Source of the DNA: Camelus dromedarius
Taxonomy: Eukaryota
Direction of reading: 5' to 3'
Length of the DNA stretch: 64,000 bases
NCBI RefSeq assembly: GCF_036321535.1
Contig: NC_087447.1
Location: forward strand, 32,490,001 to 32,554,000
The position numbers and the translations under genes were made by a program. The notes beneath the pieces are model-generated. The model saw nothing but the letters and a program-made list of their open reading frames with translations. It made no database searches and was not told the DNA's origin. The stretch's first letter is position 1. Each line of letters starts with the position of its first letter. This document shows positions 1 to 12,768 of this stretch, in pieces.

Positions 1-1434
1 TCTAATTTGGAGTTCTTTCCCCTATGCTATACATCATCTTTAGTAATTCAAACTCCCCCTAAACTCAATGGCAAACAGATGAAGTACTGACTGAACCACA
101 CCGTGACAGGGAAATGTCTCCTAAATTGGAGAGATTGTAGTATACATATATAAAGCATATGTGACAGATTCTTTAAACTGTTAGCTATTTTTTCCTAAAT
201 TTCCCAAAAGATAATAGCAACATGAAACAAGGCTATACAGAGCATCAAGGGAGGAGATAGGAAGCTTAGCAGTGTGTTTTAAATAGATTCTATTTGAACC
301 CATTTATCATTCTCGTTATATTCATCATAATGAGAAAAGAGCTTCATTCTTGTTATAATCTATGTCATTGTAATATAATACACAGCATTGTTCTGGAGAG
401 CAATTCACTACAGCCATATATGACTTTTTTAAAAATTTGCAGGCGTTTTCTTGCATTTTCATGCAGCTCATAGAAGACCAGCTAAGCCAATAAGGAGAAG
501 AAGAAAGAAAGAGAATAAAATGAATTTTAAAAAAGGTCAAAGGGATCAAAGAAATGTTGAACCAAAGTCATCTACTGCTATAGAATAATGCATAGGTGTT
601 TTGGATGAGGTTGAGTTTGAAGAGGCTGGTTTGTTGCTTACTATATTTCTGAAACAAAGCAGTTAACAGGGTCTTCAGAGGATTTTATTTAAAAAAATAA
701 ATGTTTCAACATTAAAATCCCTAAAGAAATGTGTAAATTAAATCACATTTAGCTGTATGAATTGTTTCATTGAAAAACATTTAGTAAATATGTAACTATT
801 AGTCAATAAAAAACATGTTTAGATCCTTAAAATAAGATCCATTACAAAAAAATCCTGAAATGTAGTCACATTAAAATGATAGATGACTTTGGTGGAGTGA
901 GATCAAGGAAATAAGCTTCTTTAGTAATATTTACTATTTGAATATTTACATTTGAATACATATGCATACCACAATCCCTGAACAGGAGATACGGTGGTGG
1001 TTTTTGTGTAAGAAATTATTTTTTAAATTATTATTCAAAAACACTCAGGACAAACAATTCGGGTTGTTTGTATACAAGGTAACTCAAATTTGTACCTTAG
1101 TAATTGTTAGTTAAGATGTGAAAAACTCCCTGGAGATGTGTTTAATTGGTGCCTATGTCACTTTAATCATAAGCATACACATTTAAGTATTTTTTTTTAA
1201 CTACATGGCAATAGCATTATCAAAGTCTATACAAGAAGGTTTATTAAGTAGCATAATAAGTGTTAAAATATTTTTTATTGGAGAAATAAATACTGTTGAA
1301 AATGAGTGATGAGCATGTTTGGACACGTTGGATGAATTTGTATATTCATACTAAAATCAGAGTAAATAGTTTCTATTTTTGATAAAGGAAGTGATATGCC
1401 ATGTTTCATTTAGTCACTGAAGAAATACTTGTAT

Positions 1435-1540
1435 TCTTTTATGAATTATTTATTCTGAGTCTGGCACTATGTTGGGCTCTGAGATTACAAAGGTAAATAA
1501 ACCCTAGTCATTGCACTTATGGAAATCTTTGTCCAATAAA
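1435..1540 (-). mobile_element. L2 LINE 3'-end fragment
   Basis: 'tatttattctgagtctggcactatgttgggctctgagattacaaaggtaaataaaccctagtcattgcacttatggaa' resembles the reverse complement of the L2 3' terminus; L2-like sequence resumes near 2040. Confidence 0.65.
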
Positions 1541-1558
1541 GCAAATATTTGGGGGAAA

Positions 1559-2024
1559 TGTAACACAGAATACCCTGCCTTAACCTGATAAGTAGGTTTC
1601 CTCAAACATCAACTCTTACAGAAAAAATAAAGTAGCCTCATTGAAAGGCTATTGAATGAAGTCTGCAAAGAACTAGGCTTCCTCATATTCCAGGATTCAG
1701 CCTAAATTTTTCTGTAATAGTTGCTATTTGAAGTCAACTAGTGGTGCTTGTCTGCTCCAGCTGAAATAAGGATGGAGACAGTTATTGTGCTATGGCTTTC
1801 CTGGACGCTGTCAGTGATTCAGGGAGCTCCTCTTAGCTTGGGATACAAATCTGTGAGAGTTGTACCCAGGGAAAACTAGAGATTTAAGTATCCACTGTTA
1901 ACCCCCTGCAATGCTTCCCAAGATGGGATTGCCCATAGCATCTCTTCCTAATCTCCTGTCTCTTTCCCCGTGCCAAAGAGAAATGTTAGCTTGACTTCTG
2001 TCCCATTACCAACTGAGCATTACC
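1559..2024. mobile_element. Ancient LTR-like insertion within L2 (family uncertain, possibly MamGypLTR or ERVL-type)
   Basis: About 465 bp between two collinear L2 pieces; begins TGTAAC and ends '...gcattacc'. Family not securely recognised. Confidence 0.3.
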
Positions 2025-2039
2025 CAATTTTTTGTTATT

Positions 2040-2300
2040 GTGTGGTAATACATATTGTAATTCAAATATAGAATAAGTACTACCATTGGAATAGATGTAC
2101 AGTTAGGCGAGAGCGCAGTTCCATAGAGGAGAAACTCCCTTGCTCTGGAGGGGTGAAATCCTACAGTGGGGCTGCATTTGAGTTTGAACCTGATACTAAA
2201 GGGGTGTACATATAGGCATAAAATGGGAGGATGCTGAAAAGAAAGCTTGTTACAGGCAGAAGGAGCATCATACAAAAGCTATGATGTGGCTGGAGCACAG
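2040..2300 (-). mobile_element. L2 LINE fragment (continuation)
   Basis: 'gcatttgagtttgaacctga...ttacaggcagaaggagcatcatacaaaagc' matches L2 antisense motifs. Confidence 0.55.
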
Positions 2301-2317
2301 ACTGGGGAGGAAATACG

Positions 2318-2712
2318 TTTTTTAAATTTTTTTAAAAATTGAAGTATAATTGTTTTACAAGGTGTTAGTTTCTGATGTATAGCATAGTGATTCAGTTATA
2401 CATATATATATATATTCTTTTTCATTATAGGTTATTACAAGATATTGAATATAGTTCTCTGTTCTATACAGAGAACCTTGTTTATCTGTTTTGTACATAG
2501 TAGTTATCTGCTAATCCCAAACTCCTAGAGATTATCATACTCAATGAAGTAAATTAGACAGAGAAAGACAAACATCATATGATATGACATATGTGAAATC
2601 TAAAAACGTGACACAAATGAACTTATTTACGAAACAGAAACAGACTTACAGTCATAGAAAACAAACTTAACGGTTACCAAGGTGGGAAGGGGAGGGGAGG
2701 GATAAATTAGGA
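2318..2712 (-). mobile_element. Short 5'-inverted L1 3' UTR insertion (cetartiodactyl-type)
   Basis: 2318-2526 is the antisense L1 3' end with a T-rich tail; 2527-2712 is the immediately upstream L1 3' UTR segment in sense orientation. Both pieces align by eye to the uninverted copy at 57340-57750. Confidence 0.9.
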
Positions 2713-2940
2713 ATGTATTTGTGTGTTTTGGAGAAGAAGGGGTAGTTAGAGCAATAAAGGCAGGTTGAAGTACATTGTTTTGAAGGAGACTGTGTATTGA
2801 CATGATCCTCTGTCCATGGAGAGCAACACATCATTATTCTATGCTTTTTGGAATGGGAGGTTGAATGAGAAGAAAGGCTGGGATCATGTATTCCAGGGCA
2901 AAGATGATAAGAACCTGCATGAAGTTTAATACATATTGAG

Positions 2941-3575
2941 TAGGTTTGCCAGTATTAGAAAAATCAATTAAAAAAACCCCAGAAAACAAAAACAGGATGC
3001 CCAGTGAGAAATAATAATCAGTATCAAGGCTGCAAAGAACAAAGAGCTTTATTTGGGGTCTTAAGAATTGCAATTTGGGAGACAGACACAGATTCAGGTA
3101 AAACCAAAAGAGTTTTCCAGGGAAGAGAGTCAAGGGCTCATCAAGGCAAAAACCACAAGATTGTTCAAGAATTTTGCTTGACCTTGATGCGAGAAAGATA
3201 TTTGTCCTTAAGGGATAGGCTGTTACAATTTATTTTAGGGTAAACATCCTGTAAGTATCTTGAGTTTCTGTAACATTGGGCAGATGTTTTGAATACCTAT
3301 GTTAAGGCAAGTGGTCAAAAGGTCAGATTCCATCTGGGCTGAGACGTGCCTAAGCCACACACCTTCAATGGCCTTCCAGCTCCATTTTAGAGCACTCTCT
3401 TAAGCAATAGTGACTCCATTTTGATTTTCTTTTCACACAAGTTAAATATGAATTTCAAATAAACATAAATAATCTTTTTGTATGTGTATGTCCCATACAC
3501 ATACTAAAAATTTACATGTTGTTTATATGATATTCAAATTTAACTGGGTGTTCTGTATGTTATCTAGTAATACTA
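2941..3575. mobile_element. MER53 palindromic hAT MITE, split by an LTR (pieces 2941-3004 and 3438-3575)
   Basis: 'taggtttgccag...acaggatgcccag' and 'ttaaatatgaatttcaaataaaca...gtatgtcccat...tgtttatatgatattcaaatttaactgggtgttctgtatgttatctagtaatacta' match the MER53 consensus; the arms are reverse complements. Confidence 0.85.
3005..3437 (-). mobile_element. ERV1-class solo LTR
   Basis: TG...CA termini; near-TSD ccag/caag; minus strand starts TGTGAAAAGAAAATCAAAATGGAGTCAC and has AATAAA near its 3' end (tttatt at about 3048-3053). Confidence 0.85.
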
Positions 3576-4169
3576 AGGGAAAGAAAAGAGTTTATAAAAT
3601 TGGTCTTTGATATAACTTTACCTCTGAGTGCAGCAAGTCCTTTCTTAAACTGTAGCAATGTACACAATTCCAAGTAAATTGTGTTGAAATGTTCTATATC
3701 ATTGAATGTAATTAATTCTGGTAATGTTTTAGCAACATCCTTCCTTTTGAAAACTTTGGGGGCTTTTTTATTCATGGAAATGCTGTGTTTCCATTTTCCT
3801 TAAAAAAGTCTCTCTGCCTTTGTTTAATTGCAAACATAACATTTATTGACAATGGATTGCAGGGAAGGCATAATAGAACCAACACAGTTGGCAACGCCCT
3901 TCAGGTCATAAAAGTACAATATGCATATGTGAGCTGAAGTTCATTTTTGCTTTGAGTATTTTTAAGAGGACTATACACCCACACTTCCATGGCTGCTTCA
4001 GAACTCAGGAATGATTATTCCTGTTTGTAAAATCTGTAGTCATATACTGCTCAAGGTTTTTCTTTTAATTGTATGTGGCTTAATATACAACTTTATACCA
4101 GGGTCAATCAACCGGCAAGAAATTTTTTTTGAGGCTGTAACAGGAACTAGCTTTTGTGGATCATTTTTT

Positions 4170-4345
4170 TGGGTACTAGGAAGCATGTTGTATACTTTGC
4201 GTCTGCTTTCATTGCATCTGACAGCATCTCTGTGAGGAAGCTGTTATTAGCCCCACTTTAAAATGTAAGGCAATTGAGTCTCAGAAAGGGAAGATAACTT
4301 GCCCAAGGGCACAGCTTGGCAGAGTGAGATTTTGAGACTAGATCA
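4170..4345 (-). mobile_element. MIR SINE
   Basis: Core motif 'ccccactttaaaatgtaaggcaattgagtctcagaaagggaagataacttgcccaagggcacagc'. Confidence 0.85.
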
Positions 4346-4389
4346 TTATTAGTACATAGCCTTTTTTTTTTTTTTAAATTACTCCAGGG

Positions 4390-4607
4390 CAGTAATTCTC
4401 AACTAGAGTGATATTTTCCCTCAGGGGACAGTTGTCAATATCTAAAGACATTTTTGATTGTCATGAATGAGGGGGAGGATGTGTGTCTGGTATCTTGCGG
4501 GTAAAGGGCAGAGATGCTGCTAAAAGCTCTACAATGCACAGGACAGCCCCCACAATTAATAATTTTCCAGTCTAAAATCTTAATAATGCCGAAGTGGAGA
4601 AATCCTG
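4390..4607. mobile_element. MER20 hAT-Charlie MITE, full length
   Basis: 'cagtaattctcaac...caggggacagttgtcaatatctaaagacatttttgattgtca...gatgctgctaaaagctctacaatgcacaggacagccccc...gagaaatcctg'; degenerate 8-bp TSD ctccaggg/ctctaaag. Confidence 0.9.
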
Positions 4608-4659
4608 CTCTAAAGTACAGAATCGTACCAAATGGTATAGTGAAACAGATCTAGAGTAA

Positions 4660-4850
4660 ACTTAAAGAAGATGTTTCCAATAATCTAACTTAACCCATTG
4701 TGAAACAGGCTATGTTCAAGTCTAAATTTCTCATCACTCTTAAGTATCCAAATGCAGGCTGGATGAATAGTAATTAGCCCTGTGGTTGAAGAGCTACAGC
4801 CACTGGGTAAGAGTTTGGACTTAAGCTGTTAAGATTTTTTTCATGTTCTG
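4660..4850 (+). mobile_element. L3/CR1 LINE 3' fragment
   Basis: 'tctcatcactcttaagtatccaaatgcaggctggatga...gagtttggact' resembles the L3 3' end. Confidence 0.5.
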
Positions 4851-5699
4851 TTTACCTGAAATAAAATAATTTAAAATTTATTTATAAAGCAAATTAACTA
4901 GGTTGAGCCTTTCCTTATTTTCATTTAATCTAGCTTATAGGACAATAAAAGAAATACAGTTCCATGTATAGAAAAACTTACAAGGCTTTTGGAAGCATAA
5001 AATGGCACTGCTAAGACAAAATCAATAATCATAGAAAAATACAGAATATTTTAGTAACATGTAATCTGAATTACACATGCCTGTTAAAATTTATGAAGGT
5101 GAAAGATATCTGTTTGTCAGCAGCCAAAGGGGACTGCCTCTGAATGTCAGTATTACAACATCTTTATCCATTTTCCTCAATGCCTCCAGCTAGCTTTATC
5201 CAGATGCTATTGTATTTTGCTTGGAGTATAGCTACTACCTCCTAACTCATCTCTCTCACTTCAGGTTAGCTTAAGAAATTGATCATTTCCGTTATTCACA
5301 TCAAAGCTTGATGGTTATTATTCTTTCAGTAATGCATTGTACCAAATTCACTACAATAACATAATTTTGCTCCCACTATCTGGCTTGAATTATAAAGTCT
5401 TGCTCATTGCCTGTTGCTAGCAAAAGTCTGCGTAATATGGATGATTTGATGTATGTCATTTGATATTGAGTCTCTTAGAAAGTGTATTCATTAAATTAAT
5501 GTTGGTTTAAGATTTCTTCAGCATGTCTGATAATTTGGCTATCTTCAGAACCTTGGCTAAAACACCAAATGAAAAGAATTATTTAAACAAATACGACTTT
5601 ACTAATTAAGGATTGGAGTGAGATAAACCAAGTCCTAGAAGCACAATAAATAATACAAACACAGTTTCTGATTTCAAAAGCTGGCTATTAAAAACAAAA

Positions 5700-8600
5700 G
5701 ATGTAAGGAAGGAGCACTGAAGGAATGGTAGAGTCAGGACCTTTGAAAATCCACTCATCCATTAAAAAAATTGGAATAATGGCTAAAACATTTCGAAATC
5801 CACATTTTCAAAACTTTTGAAATTAATCCAAGGCCTGAAGCAATCTGAGGAGGGTTTGTTCAAGAAAAATTGCTGAATTTCTATAAGAATAGAAAGCTTT
5901 GAAGCATTTAACTTGCCACAGTCCCATTCCCCAATTTCCATCTCTACAGTAGTTTGAGAATAGGCAGCCTTGCAACCAGGGTAGCCATGAAAAACAACAG
6001 TCTAGTCTAGTAGTCCCTGGAGGGATGGAAAGGATTTGAAGCTCCTGCACAACCTCATCTTCAGAGAACTGGCATTATTCGATTTGTCTTGCAGCGCCCT
6101 AGAGAAGCCCCATTCAAAGTACTTGTCTTTGTTTGACCTAACTTAGAGCTCACTCAGTGATAAAAGCCTTATCTCCAGTGCTTTTGTTAAAAATAATTAT
6201 TGGCTATTGTTTAACATCACAGCTGCCTGAGATAGCAATGCCTATTAAGAAAAACAAGAGGAAGACTTAAAAACTTAAAAAGAAATTTTGGGCTTTTTTC
6301 TCAAGATTGCTTTCATAATTCTGAGTCTTTTGTGGTTCCATATTAATTTTAGGGTTGTTTGTTCCAGTTCTGTGAAAAATGTCATGGGTATTTTGATAGG
6401 GATTACATTAAATCTGTAGATTGCTTTGTGTAGTATGGTCATTTTAACAATATTAATTCTTCCACTCCAAGAGCACAGGATGTCTTTCCATTTCTTTGTA
6501 TCCTCTTCAATGTCCTTCATCATATTTTATAATTTTCAGAGTATAGGTTGTTTAGCTCCTTGGTTGAGTTTATTCACAGGTATTTTATTCTTTTTGATGT
6601 GATTTTTAAATGGGATTGTTTGTTTACTTTTTATTTCTGATAGTTCATTATTAGAGTATAGAAAAGTAATAGATTTCTGTATATTAATCATGTATCCTAC
6701 AAACTTGCTGAATTCACTTATTAGCTCTAATTGTTTTAGGATTGACATTTTAGGTTTTCTATATAAAATATGTCCTCTGCAAATTATTTTTTTCCATCCA
6801 ATTTGGATGGCTTTTATTTCCTTTTCTTGTCTAGTTGCTGTGGCTAGGACTTCCAATACTATGTCAAATAGAAGTGGAAAGAGTAGGCATCCTTTTCTTG
6901 TTCCTGAATTTAGAGGAAAGGCTTTCAGCCTTTCACTGTTGAGTATTATGTTGGCTGTGGGTTTGTCATAAATAGCCTTATTATGTTAAGGTATGGTGTT
7001 CCCTCTATACCCATGTCGAAGAATGAAGCTAGAGGAATGACTCTCCCAGACTTCAAACTATACTACAAAGCTCCAATAATCAAACAATGTGGTACTGGCA
7101 CAAAAAAATGACACATGGATCTATGGAACAGAATAGAAAGCCCCAAAATAAACCTACGCACCTATGATCAATTAATCTATGACAAAGGAACCAAAAATAC
7201 ACAATGGAGAAGAGACAGTCTCTTCAATAAGTGTTGCTGGGAAAACTAGACAGCTACATATAAAATAATGAGATTAGAACATTTCCTCACACCATATACA
7301 AAAATAAACTCCAGATGAATTATAAACTTTAATGTAAGACCTGAGACCATAAAACTCCTAGAAGAGAATATAGGCAGAACACTCTTTGAAATGAATCATA
7401 GCAATATATTTTTGGACCTGTTTCCTAAGGCAAAAGAAAGAAAAGCAATAATAAACAAACAGGATCTAATTAAACTTAAAAGCTTTTGCATAGCAAAAGA
7501 AATCATCAACAAAACAAAAGGACAACTCATGGAATGAAAGAAGATATTTCCAAATGATATCACTGACAAGAGGATAAGATCCAAAATATGTAAGTAGCTC
7601 ATACAACTCAATAAAAAAAAAAAAAATTGGCAGAAGACCTGAATAGATATTTCTCCAAAAAAGACATAAGATAGTTAATAGGCATATGACAACATTGCTA
7701 ATTGTTAGAGAAATGCAAATTGAAACCACAATGAGATATCACCTAACATCTCTCAGAATAACTATCATCAAAAAGTCTGCAGGTAGCAAATGTTGATGAG
7801 GATGTAGAGAAAAGGGAACTTTTGTATGCTGTTGGTGGGAAAGTAAATTGGTATAGCCACTACAGAAAACAGTATGGAGGTTCTTCAAAAAAACTAAAAA
7901 GATAACTACCATACATCCAGCAATTCCACTCCTGGGTATATATTCAGAAAAAAATCAAACACTAATTTGAAAAGATACATGCACCCTAATGTTCATAGCA
8001 GCACCATTACAACAGCCAAGGTATGAAAGCAACCCAAATGTTTATCAGCAGACAAATGGATAAAGAAGCTATTATATATATATTACATATGTATAATGGA
8101 ATATTACTCAGCCATAAAAAAGAATGAAATATTACCATTTGCAACAATGTGGGTGGACTTAGAGAATATTCTGCTAAATGGCATAAGTTAGACAAAGAAA
8201 GACAAATTTGTTTTTAGAGTCCACTTATATGTGGAGTCTTAAAAAAATACAAATGAATGTATAAACAAAACAGAAACAGACTCAGTTATATAAACTAACT
8301 ATTAGCTTCCAGAGAGAGGAGGGAAAGGGGGAAGGGCAAGTAGGGGTATGGGATTAACAGATACAAACTACTATGTATAAAATAGATTGATAACAAGGAT
8401 CTATTGTATAGCACAGGAAATTATAGACATTATCATAATAACTTTTAATGGATTATAATCTGTAAAAATATTGAATTAATATGCTGCACACCTGGAACTA
8501 ACATAATACTGTAAATTAACTCTGCTCTTATAAAAAATTAGAAAAAAATTGGGAAATTAGATTTCCATAGGGAGTTTTGAAAAGTTCCAAAACATTCCTA

Positions 8601-9960
8601 GGGATCTAGAAGGCCATATGCATGTATAGGACTTGGGTGTGTCCAGAAAAGACCTGAGAAGGCCCACCTCTCCACCTTCTGGCTAACATTGAGTCTCTGT
8701 ACCAGCAGAAATGAAGGTTAAGGCAAAGTCACGAACTGCTGAAACACTGGAGGCTTTCACAGAGCATCTCAACAAAGAGTGAGGCTTATTGATTCAAGGC
8801 ATTTGAAGAGATCTTTGTCCAATTATTAACTAATTACTAAGCTGAGCAGAGACTTCAGTGGTCACATGCAATAAAGAATACTGATGTGCAGTAATTGGTT
8901 TAGGAAAGTCACTAAGAAAATGAACAGCAACAAGAACAAACATCAGTAACAACAAACCCTGAGAAGGAGGAGGAATCTGATTTTCACAGTTGCTATATCA
9001 TATTATTTAAAATGTCAATAGAAATAGACCATGAGGGAGCCCAAATGCGGGACATCCTAGACAGAGTTTAAGTCAGATATTATAAATACATTCCAAGAAC
9101 TAAGGGCAACCATTTCACCAAAATTAAAGAAGATCTTAGAATAATGTCTCACCAAATAGACAATAACATTAAAGGACTAGGAATTGTAGAAAAGAACTGA
9201 ATAGAAATTATGCAGTTAAAAAGTACAGTAACTGAAATAAAAAATTCATCACAGGGACTCAACAGAAGATTTGACCTGGCAAAAGAATCCGTAAATTTGA
9301 AGATAGATCAATCGGGGTTATTCAAATTGAGTAACAGAAAGGGAAAAAAAAAAAAAAAAAAGAAAAGATCTGAACATGACTTCCAAGATCTGTGAGAAAC
9401 CACAGCACACAACATGTGCATAGTGGAAGCCCCAGAAGGAAAGGAGAGAGAGAAAAGGGCAGAAAAAATTTTTTAAGGAAATGATGGCTGAAAACTTCCC
9501 AAATCTGATGACAGATCTTAATATAAACATTCAAGAAAGCTCAACAAACTCCAAAGAGGATAAACTCAGAGGGCTCCTACCTATACTCAAATAGTCAAAT
9601 TATTGAAAGATAAAGACAAAAAGAATCTTGAAAGTAATAAGACAAAAACAACTCATCAGACAAAAAAGATCCTCAGTAAGGTTAGCTGATGTCTTTCCAT
9701 TAAAAACTATGGAGGCTAAGTGGTAGTGGGATGACATTAAAAATGCTACAAGCGACTGTCAACCAATAACTTTATATACAGCAACAATGAAAGAGAAACT
9801 AAGACATTCACACATGAACAGAAGTTGACAGTGTTTATTACTAGCAGACTTGCCCCATAAGAAATACCAAAAGTAACCCTGTGAAATAAAAGAATACTAG
9901 ACAATGATATAAGTCTTTATAAGGAAATAAAAAGCATTAGTAAAGGTAACGTAAATAAAT
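5700..9960 (+). mobile_element. Old L1M (L1MC/MD-type) 5' UTR and degraded ORF1, interrupted by a younger L1 at 6293-8540
   Basis: 5' UTR-like sequence at 5700-6292 resumes at about 8554; ORF1-like remnant 'QLKSTVTEIKNSSQGLNRRFDLAKESVNLKID' (9210-9395) and 'aatgatggctgaaaacttcccaaatctgatg...aagaaagctcaacaaactccaa'. Confidence 0.8.
6293..8540 (+). mobile_element. 5'-truncated, 5'-inverted L1 (degraded ORF2 3' part and 3' UTR)
   Basis: 6293-7013 is antisense ORF2 (ORF track '[36 protein letters not shown]' and 'MEVLATATRQEKEIKAIQIG'); 7018-8540 is sense ORF2 end, 3' UTR and A-tail; degenerate TSD aaaagaaattttggg/gaaaaaaattggg. Confidence 0.93.
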
Positions 9961-11344
9961 ATAATGGGATCAGATGGGTTGAACTGACAGGCCTTTCATA
10001 ATGAAGATTTTTCAAAAAGAAAGATCACATTTCAAAAAATCCTGAACAAGAAAAAAACAAACAAACAAACAAAAACAAGAAAACCTCACAATTTTCAGAT
10101 ATGGTCCTAAGAAACAGGAGAAAAAAATTATTGTCATTGGATTTTATTATTTGAAATTATGTATGTAGATAAGAAGCAGTTTAACGTTTTCCAGTTACAT
10201 TTATCATCTGTCACAATTTGCCATAATCTATGTTACTTAGAGAAGTGACTTTTTCTAACAAAAATAATTAAATTCTCTTCTAAAAAATTATAAAGAAGGA
10301 ATGATGCCTTTTCAGTAAACTAACTGCCTTAATCAAGAGCTATCTTTTGCTCACGTTTTATCAACACAAACATTCCTTTTTCAGATAAAGCATTTCATAA
10401 TTCAGTTGAAGAATGTGAGCCTCAGATTAGTAGAAATTTTCCTGGGTATGTTATAAACCCATATCTTTCAATTTAGAAATAATTTCAAATGTAATGAAAT
10501 TTTGGCTTTGTATTGCTTATGGCAATAGACTAATACATTTGGACACATTTCAGTTTTTAATGTTATTTCTGTTTGATCTAGTCTGCCAATTAGTAACAGT
10601 CTATATGGTTAGAAGTACAAGAAACCAAATGGACTTTAACTATCTTGAATGGTGGTTATTATCTAAGTCAGACTTTGTCTCCCTTTTAATAATTTAAAGT
10701 CAGATTATCAAATTCGAAGAAGGGTTTATTTCCTTTTATTTTTTACAAAATGAATTATATAATCTACATAAGTAACCATTTAGTACCAATAAATAAAATA
10801 TTTTGAATAATTCAACATTTATAATTGCAATTATTCAGACAGAAGAATGTCAGTCATTTTATGTTTTTCTCTCTATGATTTGAGTGGGAAATTCCCTATA
10901 GATTGTTATATATGTTACCTTGTCAAGGTAACCTAAATTAATAAAAATCTTCCTGAAAAATAAAAACAGAAATTGTCAAGTTATGCTTTAAGGAAGTCTG
11001 AAAACTTTTAATGAGGAAGAAATACAGCTACCCAAAAGTTTTGCTAAAATTACATTTTCAGTAAGTCACTCTGCTCAACCAACAAATCAATAATAATAGA
11101 AAACATATATAGTAGCAAATATCCAGGAACAATTATAAAGTACAAATGAGTACCATGTCCATGAAATGATACTCTTCAAGAATGTTTTTACTAATTATCT
11201 AGATTTTGTCACATTTATTAAAAAATACAAACAAGAACCACTGGATGATCATAAATCAGAATAAAATAGTTTCAATGACAGCTCAATTTATATAAAAATA
11301 TCTCAAATTGAAAAAAGGAAAAATTTGAATGCAACACATTAGTG

Positions 11345-11460
11345 AGCTCAGGCAAAGCAGCATAAAAATGGCTCAAGCCCACCAAACTGTGAGAAATAAT
11401 AAATTGTTGTTGCTTTAAAGCTGTTAGGTTTCTCATTATAATATAGACAACTGAAAGAAA
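11345..11460 (+). mobile_element. MaLR (MLT1) LTR 3' fragment
   Basis: 'cccaccaaactgtgagaaataataaattgttgttgctttaaagctgttaggttt...aatatagacaactgaaa'. Confidence 0.65.
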
Positions 11461-11631
11461 CATTGATATCTGTAAGTGGGATATAATAGCTAATGGATAC
11501 ACTCTGATAAATCTTCCTTTTGATTGAATAAGCACATTATTTGAAAAAGCATATTAAAAATAGTCATTGCCAAGGGATACTGAAAGTTCATGTACTTCTA
11601 AACATTGGAAGAATCATTAGGACATTCTGTT

Positions 11632-12768
11632 ATTTTTTTCTTTTTCCTTCAGTTTATTGAGGTATAATTGACATTTAAAATTTTAGCATATTTAAAGCGT
11701 ATAATGTGATGATTTAACATACATACACATTGTGAAAGAACTCCCACCAGTGAGCTAAATAAAACACCCATCACTTCACACATTTGCTTTATGTGTGTGT
11801 TTATGTGTGTGAGAGAGAGAGAGAGAGAGAACATTAATTTCTACTCTTCTAGCAAATTTCAATTACATAATACAGTGTGATCAACTACAGTCACCATGTT
11901 ATGCATTAGATCCTCAGACCCCATTCATCTTACAACTGAAAGTTTGTACCCTTTTACCAATCTCTCCCTGTTACCCCCAACACTGGCAACCACGTTTCTA
12001 TTTTCTGTTTGTAAGACAACATTTTTTTTTTTTAATTCCACATGGAAGTGATACCATGCAGTATTTATCTTTCTCTGTCTGGCTTATTTCATTAGGTATA
12101 ATGCTCTTCAGGGTCATCCATTTTGTTGCAAATGGTACAGTTTCCTTCTTTTCATGGCTGAATAATACATATATATATATATCATATTTTCTCTATTAAT
12201 CTGTTAAAAGACACAAGTTGTTTCAATACCTTGGCTCCTGAGAATAATGTGTGATGAACAAGAGAGTATAGATATCTTTTTCAAGATAATGATTTTGTTT
12301 CCTTTGAATGTATACTTAGAAGTGAAATTGCTGGATCATATGGGAGTTCTATTTTTAATTTTTTGAGGAACCTCTATATTGTTTTCCATAGCAGCAGTAC
12401 CAGTTTACATTCCCAGCAACAGTGCACAAGATTCCCTTTTCTCCACATTCTTACCAGCAATTGCTGTCTCTTGTTTCCGATAATAGTCATCCCAACAGAT
12501 GTCATGTTGATTTGCATTTCCTTGATATATAGTGAGGTTGAGCACCGTTTCATGGCCTATTGGCCATTTGTATGTCTTCTTTGGAAAGAAGTCTATTCTG
12601 GTCCTTCGTCCATTTTTAGTATGGTTATTTGTATTTTTGCTATTGAGTTGTGTGAGTTCCTTTGGGTATTAACCCCTTATGGGATATGTGGTTTGCAAAT
12701 ATTTTCTCCCATTCCACAGATTGCATTTTCATTTGTTGATGGTTTCCTTTGCTGTGCAGAATTTTTTT
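11632..12768 (-). mobile_element. L1MA8/L1MA9-type LINE-1 3' portion
   Basis: T-rich tail then 'tttattgaggtataattgaca...tctagcaaatttcaattacataatacagt...cttacaactgaaagtttgtaccctttt'; antisense ORF2 end gives the ORF at 12363-12812. Confidence 0.88.

Noticed and set aside
6275..6971. ORFs with clear L1 ORF2 similarity as a protein-coding gene
   Set aside because: Frameshifted, truncated fragments of the inverted segment of a dead L1, not an intact CDS.
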